DNA from: an uncultured Solirubrobacterales bacterium
Lineage (GTDB): Bacteria; Actinomycetota; Thermoleophilia; Solirubrobacterales; Solirubrobacteraceae
Direction of reading: 5' to 3'
Length of the DNA stretch: 64,000 bases
Assembly (NCBI GenBank): GCA_963743645.1
Contig: CAVUQT010000006.1
Span: 24,238-88,237 of the forward strand
Under the pieces are notes generated by a model. That model was not told where the DNA came from. It searched no databases and saw only the letters and a list, made by a program, of their open reading frames with translations. Positions 1-10,338 of this stretch are shown here, in pieces; the first letter of the stretch is position 1, and every line of letters begins with the position of its first letter. Both the position numbers and the translations under genes were made by a program.

Positions 1-1138
1 GGAACTTGCCCAGGGCGGGATCTTTGAGGACCTCCAGGGTGCGCTCGGCGCACTGCTCGGCGCTCGACACGAGATAACCGGTGACGCCGTCCTCGATCTG
101 CAGCGGGATGCCGCCGACGTTGCCCCCGATGAACGGCTTCGCCTTCCAGATGGCCTCGCTCACCGTCAGGCCGAACCCCTCGCGCGTGGACTTCTGGACG
201 ACCACGTCGGCATGGGACTGGAACGCGTTGACCTCGATCGCGCCGACGTTGTTGAAGTTGTTGAGGATGTGCACGTCCGGGTCGCCGTCGGCGTGGGCGA
301 TGGTCGCGTTGAAGAAGTCCCAGCCCTCCGGGTCGTCTGAGGCCATCGAGCCGACGAGCGCCAGCTGCACGTCTCCCATCGTCTGCTTGACCACGCGGTA
401 GGCGTCGATCACGCCGAGCGGGTCCTTCCAGGGATCAAAGCGCGAGACCTGGCACATCAGCGGGCGATCGACGTCGATCCCGAACTGGCTGCACACGAAC
501 GACGCGTCTTCGGGCGACAGGGCCATGTTCTTGGGCGTCAGCGGGTCGATCGCCGGGGGCACTACGTTGACCGTGCCCCCCATCCCCTGGGGCACGTACT
601 CGCGCATGTGAAACAGCGTCTCGGGATAGCTTTCGATGTACGGGAGCAGCTGGGCGATCGTCTGGGGGTTGGGCGTGGACAGGTCGATATGACAGCGCCA
701 CACCCAGCCGGCGGCCTTCTCCGGCACCAGGCTGTACAGCGCCGCGGGCTGGGGGTCGTGGATCAGGCACACGTCCCAGCCGCCGGACAGCTCGCGGGCG
801 TTCATCTCGTTGTACTGACGCCACGTCGCCCACTGTTCCTCGTCGAGGTCCTGCGGGGCGCCCTGCAGGGCGTTGTGCATCAGCTTGGTCGCGTTGAAGA
901 ACTCCTCGCGGCCGTAGATCACCTGCCACTCGCAGTCCAATCCGACGTCGCGCATCAGCGGCACCAGCGTGTACAGGATCTCCGACACGCCCCCGCCGAA
1001 CGCGGTCGCGGAGATGTGCACGACCCGCCGGCCCTTCAGCGGCTCGGCCAGCTCGCGGATCTCCTCGATCAGCTCGCGCCCGCAGATGTGCGTGTAGTCG
1101 GCGAGCGTCTTATTGCCTACGGCCACGGGCTGGAGCAC
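1..1138 (-). CDS. treT: Glycosyltransferase family 4, trehalose synthase TreT-like (3' end runs off window)
   Basis: Manual translation from GTG at 1138: MLQPVAVGNKTLADYTHICGRELIEEIRELAEPLKGRRVVHISATAFGGGVSEIL..., later QVSRFDPWKD and EGFGLTVSEAIWK. Absent from the ORF track because there is no stop in the window. TATCGT lies 6 nt upstream (leaderless). Confidence 0.8.
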   Translation of the reverse strand, partial: MLQPVAVGNKTLADYTHICGRELIEEIRELAEPLKGRRVVHISATAFGGGVSEILYTLVPLMRDVGLDCEWQVIYGREEFFNATKLMHNALQGAPQDLDEEQWATWRQYNEMNARELSGGWDVCLIHDPQPAALYSLVPEKAAGWVWRCHIDLSTPNPQTIAQLLPYIESYPETLFHMREYVPQGMGGTVNVVPPAIDPLTPKNMALSPEDASFVCSQFGIDVDRPLMCQVSRFDPWKDPLGVIDAYRVVKQTMGDVQLALVGSMASDDPEGWDFFNATIAHADGDPDVHILNNFNNVGAIEVNAFQSHADVVVQKSTREGFGLTVSEAIWKAKPFIGGNVGGIPLQIEDGVTGYLVSSAEQCAERTLEVLKDPALGKF

Positions 1139-1211
1139 GCGCGCACGATACCCGACGGTGGGTTTTTGTATTACGAGCCCGCCCGCGGGGCGAGTTACTG
1201 TCTATCGGGAC

Positions 1212-3032
1212 ATGCTCAACGGACGCATCTACCGCGCGGCGTTCGCCCCGTTCGTGATCGCGCTGGCCATAGCCGCGTTCTCGTTGACCGCGCGCCCGGC
1301 GCCGCTGCGTTCGACGCTCGCGCCGGACGCGTTCGACGGTCAGCGGGCGTTCGCCGAACTGCAGCACCTGGCCGGCGAATTCCCCCAGCGACGCCCGGGC
1401 AGCGCCGGCGATGACGCGCTGGCCGAACGCGTCGCGCATACGATCGTCGGGCTGGGGGGCAGCGCCGGAGGAGGGTTCTCGGTGCACGTGAGGCAGGTGC
1501 GCGCGCAGACGATCGACGGCGAGCGGACGCTCCAGACGGTGATCGCTCAACGTCCGGGCGCCACCAGCGAGAGCCCGATCGTGATCGTCGCCCATCGCGA
1601 TTCCGCGACACGTGGATCGCAGGCGCAGCTGTCGGGGACCGCGGCGCTGATCGAGCTCGCGCGCGTGTTCGCTGCACGCGAGACTCGCCGCACGATCGTG
1701 CTCGTTTCGACCAGCGGCGGCTCCGGCGGAGACGCGGGCGCTGCCGACTTCGCCACGCAGGTGCGCGGGCATGCCGCGCCAGGGCCGGTCGACGCGGCGA
1801 TCGTGCTCGGCGACCTCGCCTCCACACACGTGAGCACGCCGCTGGTCGTGCCCTACTCCGACGGATACGGCGACGCCTCCGATCAGCTGCAGCGGACGGT
1901 CGCCGACGCGATCTCACACGAATCCGGCATCGATCCGGGAGCCCCCAGCGCGATCGGACAGCTCGCCCACCTCGCGTTCGGGCTCGCCCCGGGCGAGCAG
2001 GGCGTGCTCGCGGCGGTGGGGCTGCCGGCGGTGCTGGTGCAGGCCTCAGGCGAACGCGGTCCCGGCTCGCGCGCGCAGGTGAGCGCCGAGCGCATGGAAG
2101 GCTTCGGCAGGGCCACGCTCAGCTCGGTGGACGCCCTCGATGTCGCCCCCGACGTCGAATCGGAGCCGCAGACCGGTCTCGTGCTGGCGCGCCAGATCGT
2201 GCCGGGGTGGGCGCTGGGGCTGCTGATCGCCACGCTGCTGATCCCCCCGGCGGTCGTCCTCCTCGACGGCCTCGCCCGTGCGCGCCGGCGGCGCGAGCCG
2301 CTCGGGCGCTGGACGGCATGGGCGCTTGCGTGCGCGCTGCCGTTCATGGCGTGCGCGCTGTTTGCGTTTCTGCTGGGCGCCCTCGGCGCGCTCTCCGCCA
2401 CTCCGCTGGCCCCGCTGCTCGCCGACGCGATGCCGTTCGGCGCCGCCGCGACGGCGGTGCTGTCGTGCGCGCTCGTGCTCGGGCTCGCCTGGCTGGCATG
2501 GCCTGTGCTCGTGCGGCGGCTGGGTCTCGCGGTACGCCCCGCGCCCGAGGCGCCCGGCGCCGATGTCGCCGGGATCGCGACGCTGCTCGTCCTCCTGCTG
2601 GTCGCGTGCGTGACGTGGGCGGTCGACCCGTATGCCGCCCTGCTGGTCGTGCCGGGGCTGCACCTGTTGCTGCCCATCGCCTCGCCCGAGCGCCGCCCGC
2701 GTCCGATCGCGGGGCTGGGGCTGCTCGTGCTAGCGCTGGTCCCGCTCGGGCTGCTCGTCGCGTTCTTCGCGCACCAGCTTGGCTACGGTCCGGGTGGGGT
2801 CGCTCAGACGGCGGTGCTGCTTCTCGCCGGTGGCCACGTCGGCCTGCTGACGGCGGCGGTATGGAGCATCGCGTTGGGCTGCTGCGTGGCGATCGCGCTG
2901 GTCGCGCTCACACCGCCCGCGGACCCTGTCGCCCTCGGCCCGGACGATCGCCCGGAGATATCCATCCGCGGACCGCTGTCCTACGCCGGTCCGGGATCGC
3001 TTGGAGGGACCGAGTCGGCTCTGCGACGATAG
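1212..3032 (+). CDS. M28 peptidase-like membrane protein (N-terminal TM, degenerate M28 domain, about 8 C-terminal TM helices)
   Basis: VAHRDS and SGTAALIELAR match M28 motifs, but GADDN and EE are lost. Hydrophobic C-terminal third. Start placed at ATG 1212. Confidence 0.7.
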   Translation: MLNGRIYRAAFAPFVIALAIAAFSLTARPAPLRSTLAPDAFDGQRAFAELQHLAGEFPQRRPGSAGDDALAERVAHTIVGLGGSAGGGFSVHVRQVRAQTIDGERTLQTVIAQRPGATSESPIVIVAHRDSATRGSQAQLSGTAALIELARVFAARETRRTIVLVSTSGGSGGDAGAADFATQVRGHAAPGPVDAAIVLGDLASTHVSTPLVVPYSDGYGDASDQLQRTVADAISHESGIDPGAPSAIGQLAHLAFGLAPGEQGVLAAVGLPAVLVQASGERGPGSRAQVSAERMEGFGRATLSSVDALDVAPDVESEPQTGLVLARQIVPGWALGLLIATLLIPPAVVLLDGLARARRRREPLGRWTAWALACALPFMACALFAFLLGALGALSATPLAPLLADAMPFGAAATAVLSCALVLGLAWLAWPVLVRRLGLAVRPAPEAPGADVAGIATLLVLLLVACVTWAVDPYAALLVVPGLHLLLPIASPERRPRPIAGLGLLVLALVPLGLLVAFFAHQLGYGPGGVAQTAVLLLAGGHVGLLTAAVWSIALGCCVAIALVALTPPADPVALGPDDRPEISIRGPLSYAGPGSLGGTESALRR

Positions 3033-3045
3033 ATGCGTGTCCAGG

Positions 3046-4050
3046 ATGTTCCGCACGTCCAGATCGCGCGCCGGCCAGGTCTCCGACGGCGAGGATGCCG
3101 TCCGGATCATCGACGAGCATAACGGCCAGATTGTCGTGCGCCAGCTAGCACCCCCGCGCCCGCGCGAGCGGCGGCCCGACCTCCGGACAGGCCAGTCACG
3201 GCCAGCCGCACGACGACCCGGATCCGCCGGCGCACGGCGTGGCGGGGGCGGCAAGCCGGCTCGCGCGCTCGCGTACCTGCTGATCGCCGCCGGCGCGCTC
3301 GCCGTGGTCGACGCCGGCGTGACGCTCCTGTGGCAGGAGCCGGTCACCGCGCTGTACGCGATGTTCCGCCAGGACCGCCTGGGTGGCGATCTGCGCGCGA
3401 TCGAACACGCCGCTCCCACCCTTCCCGAGCAGCGCGCGCTGGCGAGCCTGCCCGACGAGCGCCGCCGGGTCGCGTTCCTCGCCCGCCGACTGGAACACGA
3501 CGCGGGCCAGGGCGGCGCCGTGGGACGGATCGTGATCCCGCGGATCGGCGCCAGCTACGTGGTCGTCAAGGGCACCAGCACCGAAGATCTCAAGAGCGGC
3601 CCCGGGGTCTACCCGGAAACAGGGTTTCCCGGCATCGCCGGCACGACCGCGATCGCCGGGCACCGCACCACGTATCTGGCGCCGTTCCGTCACATCGACG
3701 CGCTGCGCGCCGGCGACCACATCCTGCTGAACATGCCCTACGCCCACTTCACCTACACGGTGATCGACCAGCGCGTGGTCCTGCCCACCGACGTCCTCGC
3801 CGCCGTGTCGCAGGTCGGGTACTCGCGGCTGGTGCTGTCGGCGTGCACGCCGCTGTTCAGCGCCGCCCGGCGACTGCTCGTGTACGCGCGCCTGACCAGG
3901 ACCGTGCCCATCGGCGCCGCCCGCGTGCTGCCCGGGCATCCGACGATCCAGCCGATCGAAGCGCCGCTGGGGCGACCGGCGGCGCAGCGTGGCGCGCTAC
4001 CAACTGTGTTCGAATCCCTGCAGCCGCACGTCGTTGCCCCGCCCGTCTGA
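3046..4050 (+). CDS. Class E sortase
   Basis: N-terminal TM, then [17 protein letters not shown] (His), LVLSACTP (Cys) and a downstream Arg. The 3' end overlaps convergent thiL by 54 bp. Confidence 0.9.
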   Translation: MFRTSRSRAGQVSDGEDAVRIIDEHNGQIVVRQLAPPRPRERRPDLRTGQSRPAARRPGSAGARRGGGGKPARALAYLLIAAGALAVVDAGVTLLWQEPVTALYAMFRQDRLGGDLRAIEHAAPTLPEQRALASLPDERRRVAFLARRLEHDAGQGGAVGRIVIPRIGASYVVVKGTSTEDLKSGPGVYPETGFPGIAGTTAIAGHRTTYLAPFRHIDALRAGDHILLNMPYAHFTYTVIDQRVVLPTDVLAAVSQVGYSRLVLSACTPLFSAARRLLVYARLTRTVPIGAARVLPGHPTIQPIEAPLGRPAAQRGALPTVFESLQPHVVAPPV

Positions 4051-4995
4051 CAGACGTACGCCCGGGGCGCCCGCCGCTGGTCTGACCTGGCCGATCCAGG
4101 TGATGCCGACGTCCGAGACCTCGTTGACTGCGTCCTGCGCGCGCGTGCGCGAGTCCGGCGGGACACACACACACAGCTCGTAGTCTTCTCCGGCTCCGGC
4201 CGCCACCTGCCAGGGGGCCACCCCCAGCTCAGCGCAGATCTCCGCGACACCCTCCTGCAGGGGCAGCGCACGCAGGTCGATCTCCAGGCGCACGCCACTT
4301 GCGCGTGCAATGTGACCGGCGTCTGTGGCAAGCCCGTCGGAGAGATCGATCATCGCATGAACGCCTGCGCCTGCCAGTGCATGGCCCTCGGCCAGTCGCG
4401 GCGACGGGCGGCGCGCCCGCATGAGCATGGCCTCGGCGTGGCGCGAGCGCGTGGCGCGCCCTCGCATCACGGCCAATCCTGCTCCCGCTCCGCCCAGCGA
4501 GCCCGTCACTCCGACGAGATCGCCATCGCGCGCTCCGTCGCGCCCAACCAGCTCCTCGACATCCCGCGCCCAGCCGACGACCGTCACGCTCGCGATCAGG
4601 TTGGGCGCACTGACCACGTCCCCGCCCGCGAGCACGGTTTCCGTCGCGATGGCCAGCTCCAGCGCGCCGCGCACCAGCTCGAGCGCTCGCCTCTCGCCAA
4701 ATCCGGGGGGCAGGCCGAGCGCGAGATACGCCTCGCCCGCGCGCGCCAGGCCCATCGCCGCGATGTCTGACAGCGCGCTCGCCAGCGCGCGATGTCCCAC
4801 CTCCGCAGGGGTCGACCAGCCCTCGTCCAGGCGAAAGTGCACGCCCTCGACCATCGTGTCCACGGAGGTCACACACAGCTCCCCTCCCGAGCGCACCACC
4901 GCGGCGTCATCGCCCACCCCGCGCACGATCCTCGACGTCGCCGGCCGTGAGCGCGCCAGCTCGGCTGCGATGGATTCGATCAGGGAGCGCTCCAT
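3997..4995 (-). CDS. thiL: Thiamine-monophosphate kinase
   Basis: [31 protein letters not shown] and GEDYEL motifs. Confidence 0.95.
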   Translation of the reverse strand: MERSLIESIAAELARSRPATSRIVRGVGDDAAVVRSGGELCVTSVDTMVEGVHFRLDEGWSTPAEVGHRALASALSDIAAMGLARAGEAYLALGLPPGFGERRALELVRGALELAIATETVLAGGDVVSAPNLIASVTVVGWARDVEELVGRDGARDGDLVGVTGSLGGAGAGLAVMRGRATRSRHAEAMLMRARRPSPRLAEGHALAGAGVHAMIDLSDGLATDAGHIARASGVRLEIDLRALPLQEGVAEICAELGVAPWQVAAGAGEDYELCVCVPPDSRTRAQDAVNEVSDVGITWIGQVRPAAGAPGVRLSDGRGNDVRLQGFEHSW

Positions 4996-5011
4996 GTTCG
5001 ATCACAAAGTT

Positions 5012-5206
5012 GAGGCAGCCGTTCCGTGGATGAGATACCGATTGAAGATCGACGAGATCTTCAATCGGCCAGCACGCATGCGCAGGCGTGCTACCGATCG
5101 TCCTGGATCGGCCAGCACGTCGAGCACTGCGGACCGATCGTAGATCATCAGGATCTCCGATCGTCCAGCAGATCGCCGCTGGCCGTCTTCGTCGGTCGGC
5201 TGCCTC
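5012..5206. repeat. Structured intergenic element: three hairpin units (ACCGAT...ATCGGCCAGCA) enclosed by a 10-bp inverted repeat
   Basis: GAGGCAGCCG at 5012-5021 pairs with CGGCTGCCTC at 5197-5206. Perfect 13-bp stem at 5038-5050/5056-5068, with further stems at 5071-5092, 5094-5111 and about 5134-5163. Confidence 0.7.
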
Positions 5207-5425
5207 TCAGCGGTGCCGGTAGACGATCCGGGCGCGGTCCAGGTCGTACGGTGAGAGCTCGCAGCGGACGCGATCGCCGGGAAGGATCCTGATCCGGAAG
5301 CGGCGCATCTTGCCGGCGACATGCCCCAGCACGACGTGGTCGTTGTCGAGCTTGACCCTGAACATCGCGTTCGGCAATGCCTCGATGACCTCGCCCTCGA
5401 ATTCGACCTTGTCTTCCTTTGCCAC
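5207..5425 (-). CDS. infA: Translation initiation factor IF-1
   Basis: 72 aa, [19 protein letters not shown]...[16 protein letters not shown]...SPYDL. Confidence 0.98.
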   Translation of the reverse strand: MAKEDKVEFEGEVIEALPNAMFRVKLDNDHVVLGHVAGKMRRFRIRILPGDRVRCELSPYDLDRARIVYRHR

Positions 5426-5478
5426 AGATCTAACCTACCAGCGCATGGCATTTGCCGGTTCTGTGCTCGTCGCGACGC

Positions 5479-7653
5479 TCACGGCTGCGGTTCGGCGCCG
5501 CCGGTCGGGGCGGGCACGGGCGCCTGCCTTTCGACGGGCGGCGCGGGGGTCGCAGGTTCGCTCGGTTCGTGGCTGGGCGGCGTGACGGCTTCGGGGGCTT
5601 CGTTCGCGCCCCCGTGAGGAGTGGTGTGATGAGGGGTCGCCTTCTTGGTCTGACCTGGTTCGGGCGATTCTTCGCTTGACTGTTCGTCTCCCGACGAGCG
5701 CCCGGTGCTCGCAAATCGCCCGAAGAACGGCTCATAGGAGATCGATTCTTTGGGCTGCGGGAATTCGACGCACGGCTTGCCTTCGGTCACGGCGGCCATA
5801 TACGCGTGCCAGATTTCCGCCGGCAGGTAGCCGCCCTGCTGGGGCTCGCCGTGGACGTCGGTCATCGACACGCGCCGGGTCGGGTAGCCCATCCACACGA
5901 CCGTCGAGTAGTTGGGTGTGTAGCCGTCGAGCCAGGCGTCGACCAGTTCGCTGGTGGTGCCCGTCTTGGCGGCCGTCGGGCAGCTGATCGCCGAGCGCGT
6001 GGCGGTCCCCGAGTGGACGTTCTGCTCGAGGATCTTCGTCTCCTCGCCGGTGACGCCTTCGGAGAGGACCTTCACGCGGTGTGGCCTGCCCCAGTTGGTG
6101 TCGGCGTGGCCGTCGGGGAACACCACCTTGGTGATCGCGATCGGCGTACTGCGCCAGCCGCCATCGGCGAGGGTCGCATAGACGTCGGCCATTTCCAGCG
6201 GCGTGACTCCGAGCGTGAGCCCCCCGAGCGCCTCTGCGGGATAGCTGGAGAGATGGGTTTTGACACCCATCTTGTAGGCCGTCTGGGTGACCGTTTCCTC
6301 ACCGAGATCGGCCGCGAGCTGGGCGTAGATGGTGTTGTCAGAGGTGAGCGTCGCGTTGACCAGGTTGAGCGACTTGTTCAGCGAGGTCCCCTCGAACGTC
6401 TTGACTTCATACGTCGGATACCCGTGCAGCCAGCCGGGCGCAAGCGTGTGCGATAGGTAGTAGGTGCTGTTCGGGTCGATCCCGCGTGAGAGCGCGTCGG
6501 CGAGGTCGATCGCCTTGAACGTCGACCCGGGCTGGCGGTGTCCGTCGGCGGCGAGGTTGTACTGGGACTTCTCATAGCTCTCGGACTCGGCCATCGCCTC
6601 GATGTCGCCGTTGTGCGGGTCGATCGTGACGATCGCCGAGGCGGGGTCTTCGGGCTCGTCGAGCACTTCCGCGATCGCCTTGCGCGCGAGCCGCTGCATG
6701 TTCAGGTCGATCGTCGTATACACCCTCAGCCCGCCCTGCTCGACGGTTTTCTTGCCGTAGCGGTGTTCGAGCTGCTCGCGTACGTATTCGAAGAAGAAGT
6801 CCTCCCGACGCTGGCGATAGAACGTGCCGAGATGCACCTCCAGCGGCGCGTGCTCGGCCGCGGAGGCCTGCGCGGGGGTGATGTAGTGCAGTTCGGCCAT
6901 CTTGCCGAGCACCTCGTTGCGCCGCTGCCGGGCCACGCCCTTGTCGCGAAACGGGTTGTACTGCGATGGCGCCTGCGGCAGGCCGGCAAGCAGCGCCGAC
7001 TGCTCGAGGTTCAGCTGAGAGGCGGGCCTGTCGAAGAAGATACGCGCCGCGGCCTGCACGCCGATCGCGGTCTGCCCCCCGACCGTTCCGTAGGGGACGC
7101 TGTTGAGGTAGCTGGTAAGGATCGAGTGCTTGGTGTGGTGTTTCTCATAGTCCAGCGCCAGCTTGGCCTCGACGATCTTCTGCTTGAGCGTGTGCTGGTC
7201 GCCCCCGAGGTAGAGGTTGCGCACGAGCTGCATGGTGATCGTCGAGCCTCCCTGCAGGGCGGCGCCGTGGGTGAGATCCTTGACGGCCGAGCGAAATATG
7301 CCGGTGAGGTCGACGCCGTCGTGTTTGTAGAAGCGCTGGTCCTCGATCGCGATCGTCGCGTTCTTGAGATCTTCGGGGATTTCCGACCAGCCGACAGGGC
7401 TGCGCAGGTCGTCGGCCTGGATGAAACCCAGGCGCGTGCCGTCGGCGGCGAACACCTGCGAGGAGCCGCTTGACAGGATCGGATGCAGCGCGCCGAGCGC
7501 GGGCGCGGACTGGGCGACATGCAGAACGTAGCCGACCGCCGCGATCGTGCCGAGTACGAGCACGGTCGCGAGCGCGCCGCCGCCGACGAGCAGGATGCGT
7601 GTCGGGCCGGCGCGGTTGTGCCTGCGCCGACGTTGCCTTGCTTGCCTGGACAT
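5479..7653 (-). CDS. Class A penicillin-binding protein (transglycosylase/transpeptidase)
   Basis: EDQRFYKHDG, GGSTITMQL, STFK (SxxK), SDN (SxN), KTGT, and an N-terminal TM. Confidence 0.95.
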   Translation of the reverse strand: MSRQARQRRRRHNRAGPTRILLVGGGALATVLVLGTIAAVGYVLHVAQSAPALGALHPILSSGSSQVFAADGTRLGFIQADDLRSPVGWSEIPEDLKNATIAIEDQRFYKHDGVDLTGIFRSAVKDLTHGAALQGGSTITMQLVRNLYLGGDQHTLKQKIVEAKLALDYEKHHTKHSILTSYLNSVPYGTVGGQTAIGVQAAARIFFDRPASQLNLEQSALLAGLPQAPSQYNPFRDKGVARQRRNEVLGKMAELHYITPAQASAAEHAPLEVHLGTFYRQRREDFFFEYVREQLEHRYGKKTVEQGGLRVYTTIDLNMQRLARKAIAEVLDEPEDPASAIVTIDPHNGDIEAMAESESYEKSQYNLAADGHRQPGSTFKAIDLADALSRGIDPNSTYYLSHTLAPGWLHGYPTYEVKTFEGTSLNKSLNLVNATLTSDNTIYAQLAADLGEETVTQTAYKMGVKTHLSSYPAEALGGLTLGVTPLEMADVYATLADGGWRSTPIAITKVVFPDGHADTNWGRPHRVKVLSEGVTGEETKILEQNVHSGTATRSAISCPTAAKTGTTSELVDAWLDGYTPNYSTVVWMGYPTRRVSMTDVHGEPQQGGYLPAEIWHAYMAAVTEGKPCVEFPQPKESISYEPFFGRFASTGRSSGDEQSSEESPEPGQTKKATPHHTTPHGGANEAPEAVTPPSHEPSEPATPAPPVERQAPVPAPTGGAEPQP

Positions 7654-7765
7654 CGCTCGTTGCAGCCGAGATTAGCGCGCATCGGGCAGGCTCATGTCCG
7701 GTGCAACGCACGCTTCGCTGTGTCACTCCCATCGCGGCGGCCCTCTACGCTCCGTCCCACACGTG

Positions 7766-9241
7766 ATGAGCCCGGACACCGCCGAGATGACGATCGTGGA
7801 CGCAGAGTCGGCCCGGGCGGCCCCGTTCGGCGTTCCTCCGACCCCCGGTACGCGTGCCCCTGCGCCGGCGCGCGACACGGTGTGGCGGCGCCGGACGCGC
7901 CCGACGATCGCGCCCGCGCGTGCGGCACCGGCATGGGGATGGTGGACGCGCCTGCGGGCGGACCCGGCGCGGATGGCGGCCGTGCGTGAGACCTGGCGCG
8001 CACTGTGGATCTCGCGACTGCTCGTGTGGCTCGTGGGCGCCGGCACGGTGGCGACGCTCGGGTTCGGTCCCATCCGCAACGCCTTCGACCCCCCCGGGGT
8101 GACGCGGGGATTTGGCTGGCTGGGCGACCTGCTCGCAGCGCCTGCGGCGCGCTGGGACTCGTCGTGGTATCTGGTGATCGCACACTACGGATATCACCCC
8201 GAGCTGGGCGCGTTCACGTCCGCACGGGACGCGTTCTTCCCGCTGTACCCGCTCGGACTGCACGCGCTGTCGGACCTCGGTCTGCAGGCGGTGCTCGCGG
8301 GTGTGCTGTTCTCGCTGGCGGCGTTCGGGCTGGCGCTGTACGGCATTCACCGCCTGACCGAGCTGGAGCTGGGCGGGTCCGGACGGCCCGGCGGTGGCGA
8401 TGTCGCGAGGCTGGCTGTGCTCGTGACGGCGCTTGCGCCGATGGCGTTCTACTTCTCGGCCGTCTACTCCGAGTCGCTGTACCTGGCGCTGTCGGTCGGG
8501 CTGTTCTGGTGTGCGCGCCAGGGCCGCTGGGCGTGGGCGGGCGTGCTCGGCGCGCTGGCGACCGCGACACGCAGCACGGGCCTGGTGCTGGCGCTGCCCG
8601 TGCTGATGCTCTACCTGTACGGACCGCGCGAGGACCGGATACCCGACTTCGCGCGACGGCTGCGTCCCCGCTATCGGCTGCGCCCGAACGTGATGTGGCT
8701 TGCGCTGCTGCCGGCCGGGCTCGGTCTGTATGCGGCCTATCTGGGACTCTCCGGCGGCGACCCGCTGGCGCCGTTCCACGCCCAGGACGTCTGGGGCAGG
8801 CACTTCGCGGGGCCCTATCTCGGCGTGTGGGATGGCACGAAGGCGGCGCTCGAGGGCGCCCGCCAGCTGCTCTCGGCCCAACGCGCGCACGTGTACTTCC
8901 CGGTTGCCGGGGGCAGCCCGTTCGTGAGCGCCGGGCACAACCTGATGCTGCTCGCGTTCCTGCTCGCCTCCCTGCCGCTGTTCGTCATCGCCCTGCGCGC
9001 GCTGCCGCTTGCCTATGGGGTGTACGCGATCGCCGCGCTTGCGCTCCCGCTCTCATACCCGGTGGCGTCGCAGCCGCTGATGTCGCTGCCGCGGTTTCAG
9101 GTCGTGCTGTTTCCGCTGAGCATGGCCCTTGCCGCGTGGCTGGCCGCGCGCCCGCGAGCGCGCATGCCGGCGCTCGCGGTCTCCGCGCTGCTGATGGCGT
9201 TCTTCGTCGCCCAGTTCGCCACCTGGCATTGGGTCGCTTGA
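7766..9241 (+). CDS. GT-C mannosyltransferase, PIG-V (GPI mannosyltransferase 2)-like
   Basis: RWDSSWYLVIA, AFFPLYP, YSESLYL and SLPRF motifs in a polytopic membrane protein. Start is uncertain. Confidence 0.8.
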   Translation: MSPDTAEMTIVDAESARAAPFGVPPTPGTRAPAPARDTVWRRRTRPTIAPARAAPAWGWWTRLRADPARMAAVRETWRALWISRLLVWLVGAGTVATLGFGPIRNAFDPPGVTRGFGWLGDLLAAPAARWDSSWYLVIAHYGYHPELGAFTSARDAFFPLYPLGLHALSDLGLQAVLAGVLFSLAAFGLALYGIHRLTELELGGSGRPGGGDVARLAVLVTALAPMAFYFSAVYSESLYLALSVGLFWCARQGRWAWAGVLGALATATRSTGLVLALPVLMLYLYGPREDRIPDFARRLRPRYRLRPNVMWLALLPAGLGLYAAYLGLSGGDPLAPFHAQDVWGRHFAGPYLGVWDGTKAALEGARQLLSAQRAHVYFPVAGGSPFVSAGHNLMLLAFLLASLPLFVIALRALPLAYGVYAIAALALPLSYPVASQPLMSLPRFQVVLFPLSMALAAWLAARPRARMPALAVSALLMAFFVAQFATWHWVA

Positions 9242-10290
9242 TGGACGACATGAGCACTCCGCCAGTCGACCAGCCGTCGGGCCCTTGGCCGGACCCGCAC
9301 CGGCTGGACGAGCCCGCGCAGGACAAGCCTGCGGGGGACAAGCCTGCGGGGGACAAGCCTGCGCAGGACAAGCCTGCGGGGGGCGAGCCTGCGGGGAGCG
9401 AGCCCGCGCAGGACGGGACCGGCGCCGTGCAGGCTCGGCCGGGCGACCCCAGGCGCTCCCCGGATATGGGCTGGTCGCCGTGGACGGCGCCCGCGGCGCT
9501 GATCGGCGGGCTCGTGCTGGCGGCGGTCGGCGGCCTGATCGTGGACCTGCCCGCGACGCTCGCGTTCGGCGTGAAGATCTCGACGTCGCACACGCCGCCC
9601 GGGATCGAGATCGTCGACACGGTCGTGCAGGACCTTGCGTTCGTGCTGGCGGCGGTGTTCTGCGCGCAGATCGGTGGACGCGTCGTGCATGCGTGGCAGT
9701 TCGGGCTGCGTCCGCCGGGCGTCGGCTGGAGATCGGCCACGGGACTGTTCGTGCTCCTGCTGCTCGCGTTTCTGCTGCTCAGCGTCATCTGGTCGGCGGT
9801 GTTTCATCCGAGCAAAGAGAAACTGCTCGAACAGCTGGGCGTCAACGAAAGCACGGTGCTGCTGCTGCTCAGCGCGGGGCTGACGTGCGTGGTGGCGCCG
9901 GTCTGCGAGGAGTTCCTGTTCAGGGGGTACGTGTTCACCGCCCTGCGCAGCTGGCACGGAACGTGGCCCGCCGCGGTGATCACCGGAGTGGTGTTCGGCG
10001 CGGTTCACGCCGGATCGGCGCCCGCGTTGGATCTCGTGCCGCTGGCGGGGCTGGGCTTTGGGCTGTGCCTGCTGTATCGATACACGGGCTCGCTGTACCC
10101 GTGCATCGTGGCGCACTCGCTGAACAACTCGCTCGCGTTCGCCGCACTGGAGGGATGGGGCTGGCAGGCGCCCGTGCTGATGGCCTGCGCGCTCGCGACG
10201 ATCGGCGCGCTCGTGCTGGCGGGTAAGCGCATCGGCGTGATCTCACCCGAGATTGCCGCCGTGCCCGCAAGCCCGATCGCGGGGCTCTGA
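9241..10290 (+). CDS. CPBP/Abi (CAAX prenyl protease type II) intramembrane metalloprotease
   Basis: EEFLFRG, FGAVH and HSLNN motifs. ATG overlaps the upstream TGA. Confidence 0.9.
   Translation: MDDMSTPPVDQPSGPWPDPHRLDEPAQDKPAGDKPAGDKPAQDKPAGGEPAGSEPAQDGTGAVQARPGDPRRSPDMGWSPWTAPAALIGGLVLAAVGGLIVDLPATLAFGVKISTSHTPPGIEIVDTVVQDLAFVLAAVFCAQIGGRVVHAWQFGLRPPGVGWRSATGLFVLLLLAFLLLSVIWSAVFHPSKEKLLEQLGVNESTVLLLLSAGLTCVVAPVCEEFLFRGYVFTALRSWHGTWPAAVITGVVFGAVHAGSAPALDLVPLAGLGFGLCLLYRYTGSLYPCIVAHSLNNSLAFAALEGWGWQAPVLMACALATIGALVLAGKRIGVISPEIAAVPASPIAGL
9307..9411 (+). repeat. In-frame 15-bp tandem repeat, about 7 copies (DKPAG/DKPAQ)
   Basis: GACAAGCCTGCGGGG-type units in the N-terminal tail of the CPBP gene. 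Confidence 0.85.
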
Positions 10291-10338
10291 GCGACCCTGA
10301 GAACATCCGCCGTCGCCCCGAGCACGTAGGATCGGGAT

